Source: a virus
Lineage: Duplodnaviria > Caudoviricetes
Length of the DNA stretch: 56,880 nucleotides
IMG/VR virus record: IMGVR_UViG_3300032285_002671
Coordinates: 1 to 56,880 of that record
Direction: 5' to 3' (one strand)
Below, one piece after another: positions 53,333 to 56,880 of the stretch (the stretch's first letter is position 1; each line of letters starts with the position of its first letter). The notes below the pieces were generated by a model. The model ran no database searches and was not told the origin of the DNA. It saw only the letters and a list, made by a program, of their open reading frames with translations. Position numbers and translations under genes: made by a program.

Positions 53333-54160
53333 CTATCTTACTGCTTTAAACAATGCTGGTACTTGACCATATTGAGGCAATACTCCATTCCATTTCTGGA
53401 TAAATTGTTGTTGTAATAGATTATCCGTTAAGGTTGTTTGACGTAATCTATTAGCTTCTGCTTCTGCCCTAGCTGTTGTAATCATTGCTTGAGCATCACC
53501 TTCAGCACGAGCTACTTTAATTTTAGCTTGAGCTTCTGCTGTCTTTACTTGATTCTCAGCTTGAAGTGCTTGTTGTACTGCATTATTCTTAGCATTAATA
53601 GCGTTCTTAAATGATTCTGGATATACTAAGTTACTTGTTAATTGCTGCACAATAAATCCTTCTGCAGTTAATCTACTATGTAGATCCTTCATAACTAATG
53701 ATTCAAACTTTTGTCTATTACTAATTAAACTATCGGCATTAAATTCATTAGCTGCTACACGAAATACATCTTGTACTGTTGTCTTTAAAAATGCTACCTC
53801 TAATTCTTCTAAGTCTTTTCTATATTTTCTATAAATGTCCGGAGCTCTATCTGATACGATATTGTAATTGATAATTGGATTTACTGCAAACTCACTACCA
53901 TCTTTTGAGTTAACTACGAATCCATGCTCTCCAGTGTATTCAACGTGACGAACAAATGTTGGCCATTCAATAACTGTTGATGTAAATGGATTGTAAAAGG
54001 TCCATCCTGTAACATACACGATGTCATTTACTCCTTTGTCATCACCGAAATAAGAAACTTTCATACCTACATGTCCAGCATCAATACGTGAACAACTTGT
54101 TGTGGTGAATAATGCAATGATACCTAGTACCATTAACATTGATTTTATTTTATTTTTCAT
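53333..54160 (-). CDS. SPFH/Band-7 (prohibitin-like) lipoprotein
   Basis: TSC lipobox, RIDAGHVG, AINAKN..Q.A..AE coiled coil, QKWNG.LP; start MKNKIKS. Confidence 0.85.
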   Translation of the reverse strand: MKNKIKSMLMVLGIIALFTTTSCSRIDAGHVGMKVSYFGDDKGVNDIVYVTGWTFYNPFTSTVIEWPTFVRHVEYTGEHGFVVNSKDGSEFAVNPIINYNIVSDRAPDIYRKYRKDLEELEVAFLKTTVQDVFRVAANEFNADSLISNRQKFESLVMKDLHSRLTAEGFIVQQLTSNLVYPESFKNAINAKNNAVQQALQAENQVKTAEAQAKIKVARAEGDAQAMITTARAEAEANRLRQTTLTDNLLQQQFIQKWNGVLPQYGQVPALFKAVR

Positions 54161-54162
54161 AA

Positions 54163-54372
54163 CTATTTTACAAATATAAATTTTACAAAGATTTTCCAGT
54201 TTAAAGAGATAACATACAGAAGAATTATACATCCAACAAAGAATGCAATTGTACTTGGCATGTTTACAAATGGAATAATAATGTATTCACATATACTCCA
54301 AGTAATTGCAACTTGAAGTAATAAAAGTAACGCGAGATTGCGTTTAAAGAAGTTTTCTATTTTTTGTTTCAT
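54163..54372 (-). CDS. two-TM membrane protein
   Basis: Hydrophobic; adjacent to SPFH gene. Confidence 0.6.
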   Translation of the reverse strand: MKQKIENFFKRNLALLLLLQVAITWSICEYIIIPFVNMPSTIAFFVGCIILLYVISLNWKIFVKFIFVK

Positions 54373-54373
54373 T

Positions 54374-54550
54374 TTAGATATTTTTCAATTGTACAAAAAG
54401 ATTTTGAGATATTTCATTAAATTCATATTTCCTATCTGGGTAAGTAGTTTTAATTTTAGGCCCATTAGGAAATTCAGTTTTAATTGAGTCACCAACTGAT
54501 TTTAATTGTTCAAGTGTTGGTATTTTTAATTTTGGTTCAAAATAAATCAT
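54374..54550 (-). CDS. 58 aa hypothetical protein
   Basis: MIYFEPKLKIPTLEQ...; follows promoter 54570-54601; below track cutoff. Confidence 0.55.
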   Translation of the reverse strand: MIYFEPKLKIPTLEQLKSVGDSIKTEFPNGPKIKTTYPDRKYEFNEISQNLFVQLKNI

Positions 54551-54607
54551 ATTATTTAATTTTATAATATAAAGATAAAATAAAAATTTTAATATGCCAA
54601 ATCTTTT

Positions 54608-55252
54608 TTAAGAAAGACTTATTTGTATAGGCTTATTTGTTGGATTGTATCCTAAAGTACAAGTACTAGCATTAATAAATGTAATACCATCTTGTTCTTT
54701 TATTCCGTATCCTTCATGAATATGACCAAATATATGTAATTTTGGTTTGATATTTAATACTTTATTATATAAATCCAAACAACCTACATTCCACATATCT
54801 CTCGCAGTATAATCTAATATATACATCGGAGGCCCATGAGTAATAAGAACATCAGTATCTGTTGGAATCATTTCCCATTTATCAGCTAATTCTTGACCTC
54901 TTCTCCTATTAAATGCCCAATTAAAAAATTCAGGTTGCCAAGGTGAACCATAAAATTTAACACCATCAATAATAATCTCACTATCTTCTAAATAATGAAT
55001 ATTTTCAGATAATGACTTTATCATATCAACAGTCCATGGATGTTTATATTCAAATGACATATCATGATTACCAGCGATAAAAACAATATGTTTAAATTCT
55101 TTTGATTGTTTTTCTAACCAATTAAAAAAATCTTCCACTTCATGTGGTTTACCTCTACCTGTAAAATCACCAGCATGAACTAATATATCACCTTTTGGTA
55201 ATATAAGTTGTTCATGCATTGTATGTGTATCTGATATTAATACTAATTTCAT
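54608..55252 (-). CDS. metallophosphoesterase (MPPED-like)
   Basis: ISDTH, HAGD, AGNHD, THGPP, FGHIH; start MKLVLI. Confidence 0.9.
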   Translation of the reverse strand: MKLVLISDTHTMHEQLILPKGDILVHAGDFTGRGKPHEVEDFFNWLEKQSKEFKHIVFIAGNHDMSFEYKHPWTVDMIKSLSENIHYLEDSEIIIDGVKFYGSPWQPEFFNWAFNRRRGQELADKWEMIPTDTDVLITHGPPMYILDYTARDMWNVGCLDLYNKVLNIKPKLHIFGHIHEGYGIKEQDGITFINASTCTLGYNPTNKPIQISLS

Positions 55253-55503
55253 TATGCTTCTCCCATTGGTTTTTTCCAACCTATAGATTCTGGTTCTTTA
55301 ATATTTTTAGTTGCTTCTGTTATAGCATTTATTAATTGTATATGGGCAATCATTAGATTTTTAATATCCTCATTTTGTCTTCCTTGTTCTGAGTCTAATT
55401 CCTCTAATTCTTTTTGAATTTTCATAATGTGTATAACACATCCTAATAAAAATAATACTGCTAAAAACAGTACTATACTAATTGTAATTAATGCTGCTAC
55501 CAT
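55252..55503 (-). CDS. membrane-anchored coiled-coil protein
   Basis: N-terminal TM. Confidence 0.6.
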   Translation of the reverse strand: MVAALITISIVLFLAVLFLLGCVIHIMKIQKELEELDSEQGRQNEDIKNLMIAHIQLINAITEATKNIKEPESIGWKKPMGEA

Positions 55504-55685
55504 ACTAAATAATGTATATATGCTAAAGTCATTCCTGCTGATAAAAAAATTGTTAAAGCAATAGCTGATAAAACAATATTTAAAAGTCTTTTCTTTTGAA
55601 TATCAGTAATAAATAATCCTTTTGGAAACCAAGCTGCTAATTGGAATGCCCATCCCGTTAACATTAATGCTGTAAATGTACTCAT
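55497..55685 (-). CDS. small membrane protein
   Basis: Two hydrophobic segments. Confidence 0.55.
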   Translation of the reverse strand: MSTFTALMLTGWAFQLAAWFPKGLFITDIQKKRLLNIVLSAIALTIFLSAGMTLAYIHYLVW

Positions 55686-55873
55686 ATTTTACTTTTTGTA
55701 TTAAATTCTATTTGTTTAACTAATTGTTCAGCATGAGATTCATCAATTTTTTTAGATGATATCATACTTTCTTTTAAGATTTCAATTTCCTTTTTTAAGG
55801 ATTCATTTTCTTCTAAAAGTTTTTTATATTCTCTTTTGAGTTTAAAATACTCCTCTACCATTATTAACTGCAT
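55682..55873 (-). CDS. coiled-coil hypothetical protein
   Basis: 63 aa in operon. Confidence 0.55.
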   Translation of the reverse strand: MQLIMVEEYFKLKREYKKLLEENESLKKEIEILKESMISSKKIDESHAEQLVKQIEFNTKSKI

Positions 55874-55874
55874 T

Positions 55875-56444
55875 TTAATCCCACCACCCTTCTATATCTT
55901 GATCTAGTATACGGAATAATAACTTTCTTGCTTTGCGTTGTCTATTATGTGACATATTTGAAGCAATTCTATAATCTCTTTCTACTTGATCAATACCTTC
56001 TTCATTTATATCTAACCAACCCTCACCCTTTAATACTCTTTTGTAATCTAATGGATATGCTAAAAAGTATTCTTGGAATTGTTCATCAGTAATTTTAAAG
56101 TCAATAGAATAAGAACCTCTATCATTAGTAACTTGTATTATCTTTGTATTATGATATTCCATACACTCATGATCATAAGAGTCTTCTTTGATTTTTTCTA
56201 TTAATCTAACACAAGTCATCATACGTTGAGCATCTTTTTGTGCTTGTGTATGACGATTATGTCTACCTATATACTCTGCTTGATGTTTTAATTTAGTTTG
56301 AAGTATTGTATAAATATACCAACTATCCCAATCTTTGTCTTTCCAAAGTACTGGAATCCATCTATAAAGATTATAGAATCTATTGTATATCCAATTGATA
56401 TACCATCCAACATTTTGCCATAAAAACTTTTTTAATTTATCCAT
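55875..56444 (-). CDS. hypothetical phage protein
   Basis: WIPVLWKD.DWD..Y...I.GWWD pattern. Confidence 0.7.
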   Translation of the reverse strand: MDKLKKFLWQNVGWYINWIYNRFYNLYRWIPVLWKDKDWDSWYIYTILQTKLKHQAEYIGRHNRHTQAQKDAQRMMTCVRLIEKIKEDSYDHECMEYHNTKIIQVTNDRGSYSIDFKITDEQFQEYFLAYPLDYKRVLKGEGWLDINEEGIDQVERDYRIASNMSHNRQRKARKLLFRILDQDIEGWWD

Positions 56445-56692
56445 AACATTTCTAATTTATAAGGGGAAGCACGTTGTATCATATCAAACTTACTTTCCTC
56501 TTGTAATGGTTTAGCATCATCAAAATTATTTGAAAATACTAATTTACCACCTTTTAACCCTACCCAAACTTGAGCCATATCATTCATGACTATATATTGT
56601 TTTGGTATTTCAAATTTTCTATACTTACGTTTTTTAATCAGGTAGTAATCCTGCTTTTTCGATTGTTGTCCAAATTCGCTCATACCAAACAT
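56432..56692 (-). CDS. hypothetical protein
   Basis: 86 aa; true start uncertain. Confidence 0.5.
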   Translation of the reverse strand: MFGMSEFGQQSKKQDYYLIKKRKYRKFEIPKQYIVMNDMAQVWVGLKGGKLVFSNNFDDAKPLQEESKFDMIQRASPYKLEMLWIN

Positions 56693-56864
56693 TCATTTTA
56701 GAACCTTCTAAATAACTATCTCCTTTATAACCTGCTAAGGTTTTTTTAGATAAAATAAGCAAACACCAATCTAATAATTCGTCTGCTTTTTCAATTTCAT
56801 GTTCTCCAAGAGCTTCTTTAGCTCGTGTATAATAATCTACAATAGATAATCTTGTTTTTTCCAT
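56634..56864 (-). CDS. hypothetical protein
   Basis: 76 aa with AAAGGTT-ATG leader. Confidence 0.6.
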   Translation of the reverse strand: MEKTRLSIVDYYTRAKEALGEHEIEKADELLDWCLLILSKKTLAGYKGDSYLEGSKMNVWYERIWTTIEKAGLLPD

Positions 56865-56880
56865 AACCTTTATTAAATAA

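Noticed and set aside
1-56880. Stop-codon reassignment
   Set aside because: Conserved enzymes are full length in the standard code, and TAG and TGA both end genes at sensible positions
1-56880. Bacterial chromosome or prophage boundary
   Set aside because: No housekeeping operons, integrase or att junction; uniform phage-like organisation throughout

Overview
AT-rich (roughly 75% A+T by eye) segment of a large myovirus-like (jumbo-type) phage genome; essentially all real genes lie on the minus strand. A Bacteroidota host is inferred from TTTG-N20-TAnnTTTA promoters, absence of Shine-Dalgarno motifs, Gln-rule signal peptides, lipoboxes and a T9SS C-terminal sorting domain. Layout by coordinate: baseplate/virion genes and a gp55-like sigma factor (1-9 kb); a MoxR-vWA-nucleotidyltransferase module (10-14.4 kb); lysin and probable head-packaged proteins (15-19 kb); a CpG-rich palindromic non-coding island (19.15-19.5 kb); an array of about 23 promoter-plus-small-gene cassettes (19.8-28.9 kb); a single-promoter operon in which five tRNA-like elements alternate strictly with three structured ncRNA candidates and three small ORFs (28.9-30.6 kb); DNA ligase flanked by two HNH endonucleases and RNA-repair enzymes (31-39 kb); a cell-surface module with cohesin/dockerin/T9SS, PA14, CsgG-like and beta-barrel proteins (40.7-47.3 kb); then thioesterase, ThyA, ClpP, SPFH, phosphoesterases and hypotheticals. 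The best candidates for undescribed systems are the tRNA-punctuated ncRNA operon and the cohesin-dockerin/CsgG surface module. All calls come from motif recognition and folding by eye; no searches were run.
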